Part shown: piece after piece, positions 50,298 to 59,035 of the stretch
Layout: each line of letters starts with the position of its first letter
How positions within the stretch are numbered: the stretch's first letter is position 1
Source: a virus
Lineage: Duplodnaviria > Caudoviricetes
Length of the DNA: 64,000 bases
Virus record (IMG/VR): IMGVR_UViG_3300045580_000473
Span: 1-64,000 of that record
Direction: 5' to 3' (one strand)
Program-made: the position numbers and the translations under genes
Notes under the pieces: model-generated
Seen by the model: the letters and a program-made list of their open reading frames with translations, nothing else
The model's database searches: none
What the model was told of the DNA's origin: nothing

Positions 50298-50992
50298 GAC
50301 GCCTCTAGTGTCACAGGTTTATCGTCGTTTTGATTTTCGGCGGAGCCGACAGTGACGTCGGCCGCCGCGTTGGCCCGGACAATCTTCTTGTCCTTGTTGT
50401 TGTTCTCCCACTCTTTCAGAGCCGAAGAACACCGCTCGCCGGTCTTGTGAGCCAAGTCCTCAAGCTGCTTCGACTGCTCAGAGAGGGCCAGAATGATGCT
50501 GCCGAACTCCGTGGACATGAGCCCAGTCAGGTCGCCCACAGAGGACACCGAGAAAATCTCGGCGGTATTTTCTTCCTCTTTGCCGTCCTTCAACAGCGAA
50601 AAGTTAATCACAATGTTTTTGAGGCGAACATGGTCGGGCAGCGGTGTGTCCAACTGCCGGCCGTGAAGCTCAACGGCAAGCTTCTTCAGCTTATCGAAGC
50701 GGGCGTACAGCTTCTCCATCTCTTCTGAAATAGCCCGCATGTACACAGACGGGTTGATCCGTTCAACGGGAGCGTCCGTCTGCACGCCGGCTGCGGCAGC
50801 GGCGTTTGTAGCACCCGAGACGCCGGGCAAAAATTGCTGCTGCTTTCCTACCAGCCCCTGCAACACCTTCTGCATCTGCGAGGCGTCGATTTTAACTGGC
50901 ACGCTCTGCATGCCGTTCGCCGCGGGGGCGGTTTGCGATCCACTTGTCACGGGCTCAGAAACAGCATCCACAATTTGCGTTACGCTCGCCAT
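50294..50992 (-). CDS. Hypothetical coiled-coil protein
   Basis: AAGGAG Shine-Dalgarno before MASV. Confidence 0.6.
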   Translation of the reverse strand: MASVTQIVDAVSEPVTSGSQTAPAANGMQSVPVKIDASQMQKVLQGLVGKQQQFLPGVSGATNAAAAAGVQTDAPVERINPSVYMRAISEEMEKLYARFDKLKKLAVELHGRQLDTPLPDHVRLKNIVINFSLLKDGKEEENTAEIFSVSSVGDLTGLMSTEFGSIILALSEQSKQLEDLAHKTGERCSSALKEWENNNKDKKIVRANAAADVTVGSAENQNDDKPVTLEAS

Positions 50993-50993
50993 G

Positions 50994-51407
50994 CTACACT
51001 CCTTTGTCGATAACGGCTGCCATGCCAACCCAGTACCGCAGGCCGATGCTAGTATTTATATCGTCGTCGTAAAGGAGGTCAACAGGACTTCCCGTTACAA
51101 CGTGAAACTTTTTAACACGCCCCGGTAAATATCCGGCACAGGATAAACCCAGTTGCAGCATGTACGCAAGGGCTAGGTCTGCCTCCGGGCTCAAGTCGTA
51201 TCGGAACAGCGGTATTCTGACATACTGATCCTGTTTGGCTGAAAACCACACGGGCGGGCGGCCGGGCACGATCGGCTCGTCAACGATCCACCAGTCTTCG
51301 GGGTGCACAGAGGGTTGTTTCAGCACCAATGCCGGTTTAAACGGCATACCGGTCGGCCAGTTTTCTGCCGTTTTACCGACGTCAAGCTGAGAGACTTTAA
51401 GTTCCAT
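50994..51407 (-). CDS. Hypothetical protein
   Basis: ORF in operon. Confidence 0.55.
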   Translation of the reverse strand: MELKVSQLDVGKTAENWPTGMPFKPALVLKQPSVHPEDWWIVDEPIVPGRPPVWFSAKQDQYVRIPLFRYDLSPEADLALAYMLQLGLSCAGYLPGRVKKFHVVTGSPVDLLYDDDINTSIGLRYWVGMAAVIDKGV

Positions 51408-51434
51408 ACGTGCTCACGTAATTAACGGTCTTGT

Positions 51435-51983
51435 TTAAAGCTTAACGCTCTTCAGCGTGCTCTTGGCCACAGCTACCGGCATGACGACCGGACTGACCCG
51501 TGACCGCGACAGAATCGTAAACGCTGCCTCGACGTCAGCCATGTTGGGCTTCTGGTCCTGCTGCATTTGCGATATGACGTTATCTACGAGTTCCATAAAC
51601 TTGTCCCGCAGCTTGGACGAGTGAAACGAGAACCGGACCGAGAACTGCGTCACGGTCTTACCCGCGTGCTCCGCGGCAACCTCTCGCTTTTCCCACGACT
51701 TCTTCTTGTCGTCGCGGGTATACACAAACGTGATCCGCCCGAGATTGTCGTACACCAGCAACGCTACCGATTCTTCTGGGTTTGTGGTCAACGAAAACAC
51801 GTGGGGCAGCTTTGTGGACGGAATAAACGGCAGCTTCTCTGCTACGTCTGAATCCAACGCCACACGAAATAACTGCACAGGAAACGATCGCTGCTTTTTT
51901 GGCGGCTCGGAAATAGCGAACTCCGCCTCAATTGCCCCGACACCGGGTTCCACTACCACAGGCACATTACGCACCAAAAACAT
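51435..51983 (-). CDS. Hypothetical protein
   Basis: GAGG Shine-Dalgarno; ORF in operon. Confidence 0.6.
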   Translation of the reverse strand: MFLVRNVPVVVEPGVGAIEAEFAISEPPKKQRSFPVQLFRVALDSDVAEKLPFIPSTKLPHVFSLTTNPEESVALLVYDNLGRITFVYTRDDKKKSWEKREVAAEHAGKTVTQFSVRFSFHSSKLRDKFMELVDNVISQMQQDQKPNMADVEAAFTILSRSRVSPVVMPVAVAKSTLKSVKL

Positions 51984-51992
51984 AAAAACCTC

Positions 51993-52877
51993 TTATCGAG
52001 TGATGTCGGACTTTTTCTTTGTTACAGCCGGCTGCTCGTCTTCTTCCTCTTCGTCTCCAGCCTCGTCGATCTTTTCCAGCATCTCGTTGATCTTGCGGCA
52101 CATCGCTACATGATCGGCAACAAGGTCGCCCAGCTTGTCGAAGTTCTCGGTCACCTCCGCCAGAAAACTGCGGGTGGTAGCGTCAAACCGCTCAGGAGCC
52201 GCGTTAGCAATGTCGTCATAAATGTTGTCAGAATCTTCGCTGAGCCAGAGCTTTTCTGACCGGGCAATAAACCGCCGCTGGTGTGTCAGCAGGTCCATAA
52301 TCTGCTGCTTAAGGCCCTTGGGAGCCCTGTGCGTCCGGCCGCTGTTCTTCTGCTTGCCCCGCAGTTCCTGCAGTTCAAGAGCCAGATTGCGGGCGGTATA
52401 AGCCTCCTCAGCACACTTGGTCTCCAGCGTAGCCCGCTGCTCGTCGTCAGCCACCTGAGACAGAAGCTGCACGTGCGACACGGTCAGCCGCCACCGCGGG
52501 CGGTCGGGGTGCGGGCAGCGGAGCGAGAGCAGGCGGGTGATCTCTGCCTCGCTGGGATACCGCTCAAAGAAGTTCACAGCCCCGCGAAGCTGATCGGCCG
52601 TGTAAATTGGGGCGAAGATCGCGAAGATCAACGAGGCCCCGTCTACGTGCGACGAAATCTGCTCCGGCGTCAGATACGTCGCCGGGTTGTTCTTTACGTC
52701 CACGATCAACTGCCCAACCTGCCAGAACGCCGTCAGGCTGGACGTCTGGACGTCAGAGAAAATCTGATCAATTTGCGAGACAACGCCCTGCATTTCTTCA
52801 GTCAGGGCGTGCTCGTTCAGGCCGGCCGCCAGAGCGTCGGCGTTGGCTGTCATAGCCTGTGTCGATTCCTTAGCCAT
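51993..52877 (-). CDS. Putative DNA-binding protein, DUF1016/YhcG N-terminal-like
   Basis: FWQVGQLI, LTVSH..LL and YTARNL resemble the YW.IG..I, LSWSH and WS.R.L motifs. Confidence 0.4.
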   Translation of the reverse strand: MAKESTQAMTANADALAAGLNEHALTEEMQGVVSQIDQIFSDVQTSSLTAFWQVGQLIVDVKNNPATYLTPEQISSHVDGASLIFAIFAPIYTADQLRGAVNFFERYPSEAEITRLLSLRCPHPDRPRWRLTVSHVQLLSQVADDEQRATLETKCAEEAYTARNLALELQELRGKQKNSGRTHRAPKGLKQQIMDLLTHQRRFIARSEKLWLSEDSDNIYDDIANAAPERFDATTRSFLAEVTENFDKLGDLVADHVAMCRKINEMLEKIDEAGDEEEEDEQPAVTKKKSDITR

Positions 52878-52998
52878 AAATTCCTCCGTAAATCAGACAG
52901 GGACCGCCTGCCAGTAAAGTAAAAACCAAGTCAAAATTGCGGGCAGTATCACGCCCAACACAGACAACACGAATAACACCTTCTCCAGCGTGCTCATG

Positions 52999-54144
52999 TC
53001 ACCGCTCCTTCTTGGGCAGCAAAATCTCCATTGCTGCACTCTGCAATAGGTCACGTGTCGTGTGATACTGATTCCTCGAATACCGAAGCATGGAACAAAA
53101 CAGGTCGTATACCGTGCGGGAGTCCAGCACCTCGCGACTGTAGAGGTCCATCGGATTTCGGGGGTCTAAATCAGCCCCAGCAGAAATCGCGTTTTTACAA
53201 ATATGCCGAGCGTCTTCCCGGGAAATTTTGAACCGCCCAAGAGATTCCACCCATTTATCAATTGCTGCGTCGCGAGCTTTGGCCCCTTCAGGGATATTCA
53301 GCTTTGTAGTCGTAATACGACTGACGTTGTGAGCGATCGCGTCCATGTCGATAGTTTTTTCAGCGAGCTTGCCGATCATGATTGCGGCCCGGCCCATCAA
53401 ATCGGCTCCGGTATGCCGCACAGACGACCCGCGGTGCTTGGGCTCGATGGCCGCCCCGAACTTCGTCATAACGCACAACGAAGCCCGCAAGGCAAGGCCG
53501 GCGTCTTCCCGGTTTGAGAAATACCAGCCGCCGGCAAACGTGTGTCTCGGGTCGTGGTACAGATTGTTGCGACGCGATTTCGTGTCGATGAAATACAGCC
53601 GCAGTTCTCGACCAATAAGCTCACCGCGGTAAAACGACGAGTCCGGCTGGCTGGATTCAAGCTCTTCTGCCGCAAGGTTAAAAAACACGGAGTTATCGAG
53701 CATCCTGTGCTCTAACCCGAGAAAGCCCTCAATCGTCTTTTCGCGGTGGTTGACCAGTAGCGTCCGCTCCCGCAGATTCTCAAACCGGGCTTTGAGCAGC
53801 ACGTTATAGACGCTGACAGCAATTGCCAGATCGCCTGTGGAGAGACTGGTCTTGAACGAATGCCGGGACTCGCCGGTCAATTCGTTGAACACCGGATTAA
53901 GCCCGCTGATCAACGCGTTTGACACGGCGGAAAACCCGATCGCATTAAACCGGTAACCGGTCTCGGCGATGCGGCCGTCCGCGGCCATGAAAAGCTGGGC
54001 CTCGTCAACAACCGGGATGCACTCGGTATCGGCGTTTCGCTGGGCCAAGAATTGCTTGCAGTCGTCACGCTGGTTTGAGTTGAACGATAACGCCACCACG
54101 GGGGCGAATACGCTCCTCAGTCGTGAGGCGGTCGGACGGGCCAC
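52999..54144 (-). CDS. DUF932-like phage protein
   Basis: Pattern GFL....MLDN...G.YFSN.E...L; weak resemblance. Confidence 0.4.
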   Translation of the reverse strand: MARPTASRLRSVFAPVVALSFNSNQRDDCKQFLAQRNADTECIPVVDEAQLFMAADGRIAETGYRFNAIGFSAVSNALISGLNPVFNELTGESRHSFKTSLSTGDLAIAVSVYNVLLKARFENLRERTLLVNHREKTIEGFLGLEHRMLDNSVFFNLAAEELESSQPDSSFYRGELIGRELRLYFIDTKSRRNNLYHDPRHTFAGGWYFSNREDAGLALRASLCVMTKFGAAIEPKHRGSSVRHTGADLMGRAAIMIGKLAEKTIDMDAIAHNVSRITTTKLNIPEGAKARDAAIDKWVESLGRFKISREDARHICKNAISAGADLDPRNPMDLYSREVLDSRTVYDLFCSMLRYSRNQYHTTRDLLQSAAMEILLPKKER

Positions 54145-54153
54145 GACGTTCTC

Positions 54154-54732
54154 CTACCCCTCGAACCACTCGTTGCCAACGGCCCGCAGCAGCATCGTGG
54201 ACGGTTCGACGATTAACGGCGATGAGCCGTTTTCGAACCGCCACTGGACCCGCGGAGAATCCTCGGATACCGGTGCCGGCAGGTCGAGATTATGTGCACA
54301 AAACCGTTTTCGCACAATAGTGAAAACGAAAATAAACGGTTTGTCGTCATCAACCTCAGTTTCATGCAAGGCTTTCGAAATCGCCCGCACCAGCCGGTTG
54401 TGCTTCGTCGCCATCAGTTCCGAGATCAGTAGCTGATACAAAAACTTCTTGTGTTTTCCGCCGGCCTCGTCGCGGTCATAGCCGCAGAACGATATCGACT
54501 TGCCGCAGAGAACCGCCGGGAATCGCGGGAACGTGGAATTAAACCACGAGAAACTAAACTCCGGCTGCCCGGTTTCTGCTTTGCAAAGGTTCACCAGCTT
54601 TCCCATGCTGGGTACGCGGACGCCGCATTCAGAAATCACCCGCTTTACAACCCGGTCTTCGTACGACAACTGCCGGTGGAAATTGTCGTCATTAAATATC
54701 TCGCCAAAGAACTTGTCGCGAAAGTCGCTCAT
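54154..54732 (-). CDS. Hypothetical protein
   Basis: ATGA-coupled ORF. Confidence 0.55.
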   Translation of the reverse strand: MSDFRDKFFGEIFNDDNFHRQLSYEDRVVKRVISECGVRVPSMGKLVNLCKAETGQPEFSFSWFNSTFPRFPAVLCGKSISFCGYDRDEAGGKHKKFLYQLLISELMATKHNRLVRAISKALHETEVDDDKPFIFVFTIVRKRFCAHNLDLPAPVSEDSPRVQWRFENGSSPLIVEPSTMLLRAVGNEWFEG

Positions 54733-55052
54733 CGGTCGCTGGTGCCTCGCTCGCGGGCAACAATGGCGTTCTCCAAAGCGTTGATAGCCGCCGTGAGTTC
54801 GGGCATACGCTCGTCTTCGTCGAATATGCCGTCACCGCGGGTATCAGACTCGTACACAGTCTCGCCGCCGCAGTTGTCGATGTCGGCACGGAAATAGCCG
54901 TGGCGGAGCCGGAGATATCCCACCTGTTTCTTCGTGACCTCGTCGAATACGTCGTACTGCTCGGGGCAGGCCATGCTCGTGAGAACAAGCCGATACCGCC
55001 CGATGACGATGTCGCTGTCGGACGGGCTGTAACCGCCGTAATCTGTTTCCAT
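54729..55052 (-). CDS. Conserved phage hypothetical protein
   Basis: ACPEQYDVF.....GYLRLRHG.F pattern. Confidence 0.6.
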   Translation of the reverse strand: METDYGGYSPSDSDIVIGRYRLVLTSMACPEQYDVFDEVTKKQVGYLRLRHGYFRADIDNCGGETVYESDTRGDGIFDEDERMPELTAAINALENAIVARERGTSDR

Positions 55053-55058
55053 TGCTGT

Positions 55059-55691
55059 CTATCTCTCGTCTTTTCTTTTTGATCGAAATAATTCGTGGGT
55101 CATCGCGTCGACCATCTCCTTCGCACGCGGAGACCAGTCGTGCCGTTCGGCAAGACCCTTTGCCACAAATTCGTTGGCGATGTGCCACGATCCGCGGCAC
55201 GACGGCTTTTTGTCGCAAAAGCTTTTGTGGATTTGAGGCTTAAATCTCGTCACCCACTCTTTCATGGCATCTACGGTAAACACGTAATACTCGGCGTACC
55301 GGTAGGCCAGCAGGAAAGAATTGTGCTCGATGCAACTGTTGATCTTCGACAGCTTGAACGTGCACACGTTCCACGTCTGAAGATTGCCGGCCGGCGTTTT
55401 CACGCTGCCGGTGTCACGAAGTACGTCGCCACCGTGCACGATGTCCACAAGCTCCTCAACACCGCTGTCGTTAAAAACAACTTTGATGTCTGGGTTATCG
55501 TTGGGCAGCTTGCCGACGATTAGCTCGCCGGTGTTGTCCACTCCGTAGTTCTCAATGCGACACGGAAAACCGCGGGATTCAAATTCAGCCTGTATGATCG
55601 GCTGCATAATGACCTCGCGTTTCGTGTAGTCCTTGATGTTGTGGGCGGTTGTTTCAACGCTGCGTGAGTCGCAACGATACGATAAACTCAT
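55059..55691 (-). CDS. Hypothetical protein, possible divergent PD-(D/E)xK nuclease
   Basis: G.DN.G...NPD.......D motif layout; AAGGAG Shine-Dalgarno. Confidence 0.4.
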   Translation of the reverse strand: MSLSYRCDSRSVETTAHNIKDYTKREVIMQPIIQAEFESRGFPCRIENYGVDNTGELIVGKLPNDNPDIKVVFNDSGVEELVDIVHGGDVLRDTGSVKTPAGNLQTWNVCTFKLSKINSCIEHNSFLLAYRYAEYYVFTVDAMKEWVTRFKPQIHKSFCDKKPSCRGSWHIANEFVAKGLAERHDWSPRAKEMVDAMTHELFRSKRKDER

Positions 55692-55741
55692 GGCGGCACT
55701 CCTTGCCGAGGCCCTGTTCATCCTTTAAACAGGTTCGCCAC

Positions 55742-55772
55742 AATATACCAGCGGTATATCGGCGTGTGTCAA
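55742..55772 (-). promoter_or_regulatory. Sigma70-like promoter with an overlapping palindrome
   Basis: TTGACA, 19-nt spacer, extended -10 TGGTATATT; ATATACC-N3-GGTATAT inverted repeat. Confidence 0.5.
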
Positions 55773-56056
55773 ATTAAAGTCTGCTTAGACCTCTTCTTTG
55801 TCATAGGGCGGAGCCACGATGGGGTAGTCCCAGATTCTCGACCGGTCGGTGCCGCGGTACGAAAAGAACATCACGCCATCCGGGTGATTCGTATCACTTC
55901 GGGTGAGCAACGCGTACCAGTGTTTCACATGCTCGCCGGACGAGAGCTTTTCAGTTTTACTGAAAACGCCGTCTTCGGCGGCAGAGAGCCCAATCCGCTT
56001 ACCATCAAGCGGACCACCGACACATTCGTAGGCCTCCGTGCCCATGACGCCTCCTG

Positions 56057-57433
56057 TTAATCAACCTGTCCTAGGGGATCGAAATCAGACGGGATGATGC
56101 TGTCGCCGGTCATGCTGGAGGCTGCCATAAGCTCCGGCACGTCGGTGATCGACTGCTTCTTCAGTTCTTCCATAACCTGCTTGCGATACTGCTTAGCCGG
56201 GTCGCACACGGCGTACTCGTTGACGCCAAGGAGGCCGTGGAGCACGCCGAGAACCTTCTTGTTGTTTTCGAGCATGATCGAGGCTTCCACTTCGGAGACG
56301 GCGTCCGACTTCGAGATGCCGAGAGCCGAAGAATATACAAGCGGTGTTTCCGCATTCTTGGTCCCGTGCTTGTATTCGAGGTCACAGACCTGTCGAACGA
56401 GAGCAGGGAGCTTAGGGTCAATTCCGGGGGCTGGCTTCTTGTCGGCTGCCTGCAGGTCCATAAGTAAGCGAATAGTCGCCGTATGCCAGTCCCAGTAATG
56501 ATACTGCTGGTTTCGGTAGGTGTCATTGCCTTCTGCATCCTTGCTGGCCACGATGTCGTTGTACCACATGAGGTTCACGACGAGTTTACGGCCCGGGGCT
56601 CCAAGGTTATTCTTGGTTGCCACCAGCCGCACCGCCTGACCCTCTGCCCGACCTGCCGTCAGCGTGTTACGAGATACACGCTGCATGTCAATAATCAGTG
56701 TCGGGTAATAATCCAGACTGGCTCCACCCGGTGCATACTTCTTGGGCGGACCGAAGCCCATGCTGTTAATCTCCTCCTTGAGGTGATTCGTCGCAATCAG
56801 GGCGATCGGGTAATGTCGCAGCGTGGGCACGAGAGCCGTCCGCATAAAGTCCGACAGGTTTCGGGCAAGATACGGGTGGCCGGCTGCGGCATGTCCCTCG
56901 TCCGCGACCTTCTCGACACGGCGGTCAACTTCGACTGCCGAGATCGAGTCCACGCCAATGCAAATCGGCACCACACGGTCCGGGGCGTTAGCGGCGTCGA
57001 TCTGGGCATGAATGGCCTTGCAAAAGCCCATGTACTTGCCCTGCCACTCCTCCACGCTGGCCGCGGTGCACACCTTGGTCCGGGCGATGTGCTGCGGGTT
57101 ATGGCCGAGCATGCCGCGAAGCATCGTCTCGGAGCCCTTGTTCTCGGTGTCGATCATAATCGCACCGCCGCCATACACGTGAAACCACCGCATGATCTCC
57201 AGCAGCAACGCCGACTTGCCGGCACTGAACTCGCCGCGAAGCTGCGTGAACCGCGACAGCGGAAAGATGTTGGCCTGCAGGAGATACCGGGCTGCTAGAG
57301 TGGGCAGCGGCAAGCCGATAAGCGGGTCCTGATCTTCCGCGGATGCCTTTAGCACCTCCGTGATAACGGGGTGCTCGCCGTCTGGGCTAAACACATCAAT
57401 ATCTGCGTCCTGATTTTTCTTCTTCCTGCCCAT
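56057..57433 (-). CDS. RecA/UvsX-like recombinase ATPase
   Basis: GEFSAGKS; IDTE; VDSI; TNHL; PGG.SLDYY; TKN. Confidence 0.8.
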   Translation of the reverse strand: MGRKKKNQDADIDVFSPDGEHPVITEVLKASAEDQDPLIGLPLPTLAARYLLQANIFPLSRFTQLRGEFSAGKSALLLEIMRWFHVYGGGAIMIDTENKGSETMLRGMLGHNPQHIARTKVCTAASVEEWQGKYMGFCKAIHAQIDAANAPDRVVPICIGVDSISAVEVDRRVEKVADEGHAAAGHPYLARNLSDFMRTALVPTLRHYPIALIATNHLKEEINSMGFGPPKKYAPGGASLDYYPTLIIDMQRVSRNTLTAGRAEGQAVRLVATKNNLGAPGRKLVVNLMWYNDIVASKDAEGNDTYRNQQYHYWDWHTATIRLLMDLQAADKKPAPGIDPKLPALVRQVCDLEYKHGTKNAETPLVYSSALGISKSDAVSEVEASIMLENNKKVLGVLHGLLGVNEYAVCDPAKQYRKQVMEELKKQSITDVPELMAASSMTGDSIIPSDFDPLGQVD

Positions 57434-57549
57434 AAAGGCTCCTATAGTAAAAATGTATTAAAAGACCCAGTCACCCCGGGGTACAGAGGCTGCACCGGAA
57501 CGGGGGACCGGCTGACGAGGCAGCGTGATCCCGGGGGCTGGGCAAAAGA

Positions 57550-58914
57550 CTACTTCTTGGCGAGCTTCGCCTTAGCGGCACGAGCCCGAGCCATGATGTC
57601 AGACGGGCTGATCGCGTCGCTATGGGCTGGCTGGGCCGCAGGAGCCGGGGCAGCCTCAGCAGGAGCCGAGAAGATGTCGGCAACGCCGGCAGCCTCTTCA
57701 GCCGTGATCTCGCCCTCTACCGGAGCGTCGCCCCACGGGGCACCGACCGGGTCAGCCGGTTTGGGCTTAGCCGGAGCGGTCGCCTTTTGCACCGGACGAG
57801 AGAACGCCTGCACGGCCTCGTCATTGTCGTCTTCAAGCTCGGTCTCGGTCACCGTGGCAGCCGGACGACGCGACAGAGCCCGCAGATACTGCGGATACTC
57901 ACGCCACGCGAACTCCAGAGCCTCGCGAGGAAACGCCGGAGCCAGAAGCTCCGCCTGCTCCTCGTAGGACAGCACGTTCAGAGCCTGATCCCACGAGACG
58001 GCCTCTTCGTTAATACGATCGGCCAGCGGTTCGAGGGAGATAGCCTGACCATTGAACTTGTCGTGCAGCACGGCGAAGTGCGTGAACGCACTGCGACGAT
58101 CCGGCGGCGGATAGCCGACGATGTACTGATCGCCGCCACGGGCATACTTCGGGCAGAAGAACGTCTCGGGGCCGTCGGCACCGATCGCCATCACCTTCTG
58201 CTCCTTGCTCTGGAACGACTCAGGCATAATCGTCAGCAGCTTGGCCGGTCCCATCGACAGCATGTCCCCAGAGAGGAATTCATGCGTGTCCGGGTCCTGC
58301 ACCTTCAGGGCAGAAAACAGCGACTGCAGGGCACTGAACTTGAGCCCGATGATACGGGCGTTCTTCTTCGGGTCGTCGAGGAAGCAACTCAGGGTAACCT
58401 GCCCGCGATCATCCACGCCCACGATCGACGCCGAAATAAACAGCATCTTCTCGGGCTTGGTGAGCGAGCCGATCGAGGAGTTCATCTGCTTCGGCTTGGT
58501 CAGCAGTTCACTGAACAGCCGGCCGATGCCCGGGGTCTCCTTGTTCTTCCACGCGACGTTGTACAACAGGTTGTACGGGTTCTCGCGGATATCAAGGTCG
58601 GGGTTGCCGTCGTGCACGATGAAGCACACGCCGGGATTACCTACCCAGTGGGCCACGGTCATCAGACGACACCAGTCGCCCATAGCCACGCCACCAGCAC
58701 CCTCACGGAACCGGACAAAGTCAGGCCCGCCTTCCTCACGCATCGGCATGAGGCGGAGGCAGAGGCCGTTCTGCATCAGTTCGTTGCCGGCCGCGATCAG
58801 AACATTCTTGCCGTAGGTGTAACGGCTGTTCTTCTTGGCACCGGAGTCAAGATTATGCTCCCGCCGGAACTCCGGGTCGATGGCGGCGAGATTCTGCGAA
58901 TTGTAACGAGGCAT
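57550..58914 (-). CDS. Hypothetical replication protein, possibly single-stranded DNA-binding
   Basis: Lies between polymerase and recombinase; LRLMP early motif; acidic low-complexity tail; has its own promoter. Confidence 0.4.
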   Translation of the reverse strand: MPRYNSQNLAAIDPEFRREHNLDSGAKKNSRYTYGKNVLIAAGNELMQNGLCLRLMPMREEGGPDFVRFREGAGGVAMGDWCRLMTVAHWVGNPGVCFIVHDGNPDLDIRENPYNLLYNVAWKNKETPGIGRLFSELLTKPKQMNSSIGSLTKPEKMLFISASIVGVDDRGQVTLSCFLDDPKKNARIIGLKFSALQSLFSALKVQDPDTHEFLSGDMLSMGPAKLLTIMPESFQSKEQKVMAIGADGPETFFCPKYARGGDQYIVGYPPPDRRSAFTHFAVLHDKFNGQAISLEPLADRINEEAVSWDQALNVLSYEEQAELLAPAFPREALEFAWREYPQYLRALSRRPAATVTETELEDDNDEAVQAFSRPVQKATAPAKPKPADPVGAPWGDAPVEGEITAEEAAGVADIFSAPAEAAPAPAAQPAHSDAISPSDIMARARAAKAKLAKK

Positions 58915-59002
58915 AAATCGTACCTTTCTTATTTGTGTGAGGATTGGCTACCTCACGTTGTTGTTGAGTACTGGGAGTTGGTTCCCCAGCGTTGATGCTC
59001 AG

Positions 59003-59030
59003 AGTCTAGCACACGCTGCGGAAGAATCAA
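59003..59030 (-). promoter_or_regulatory. Sigma70-like promoter
   Basis: TTGATT-N16-TAGACT with TGn extension. Confidence 0.45.
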
Positions 59031-59035
59031 GCCCC

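Noticed and set aside
57511-57550. CTGACGA hammerhead-like core on the plus strand
   Set aside because: No GAAA after a stem II, and it is on the antisense strand.
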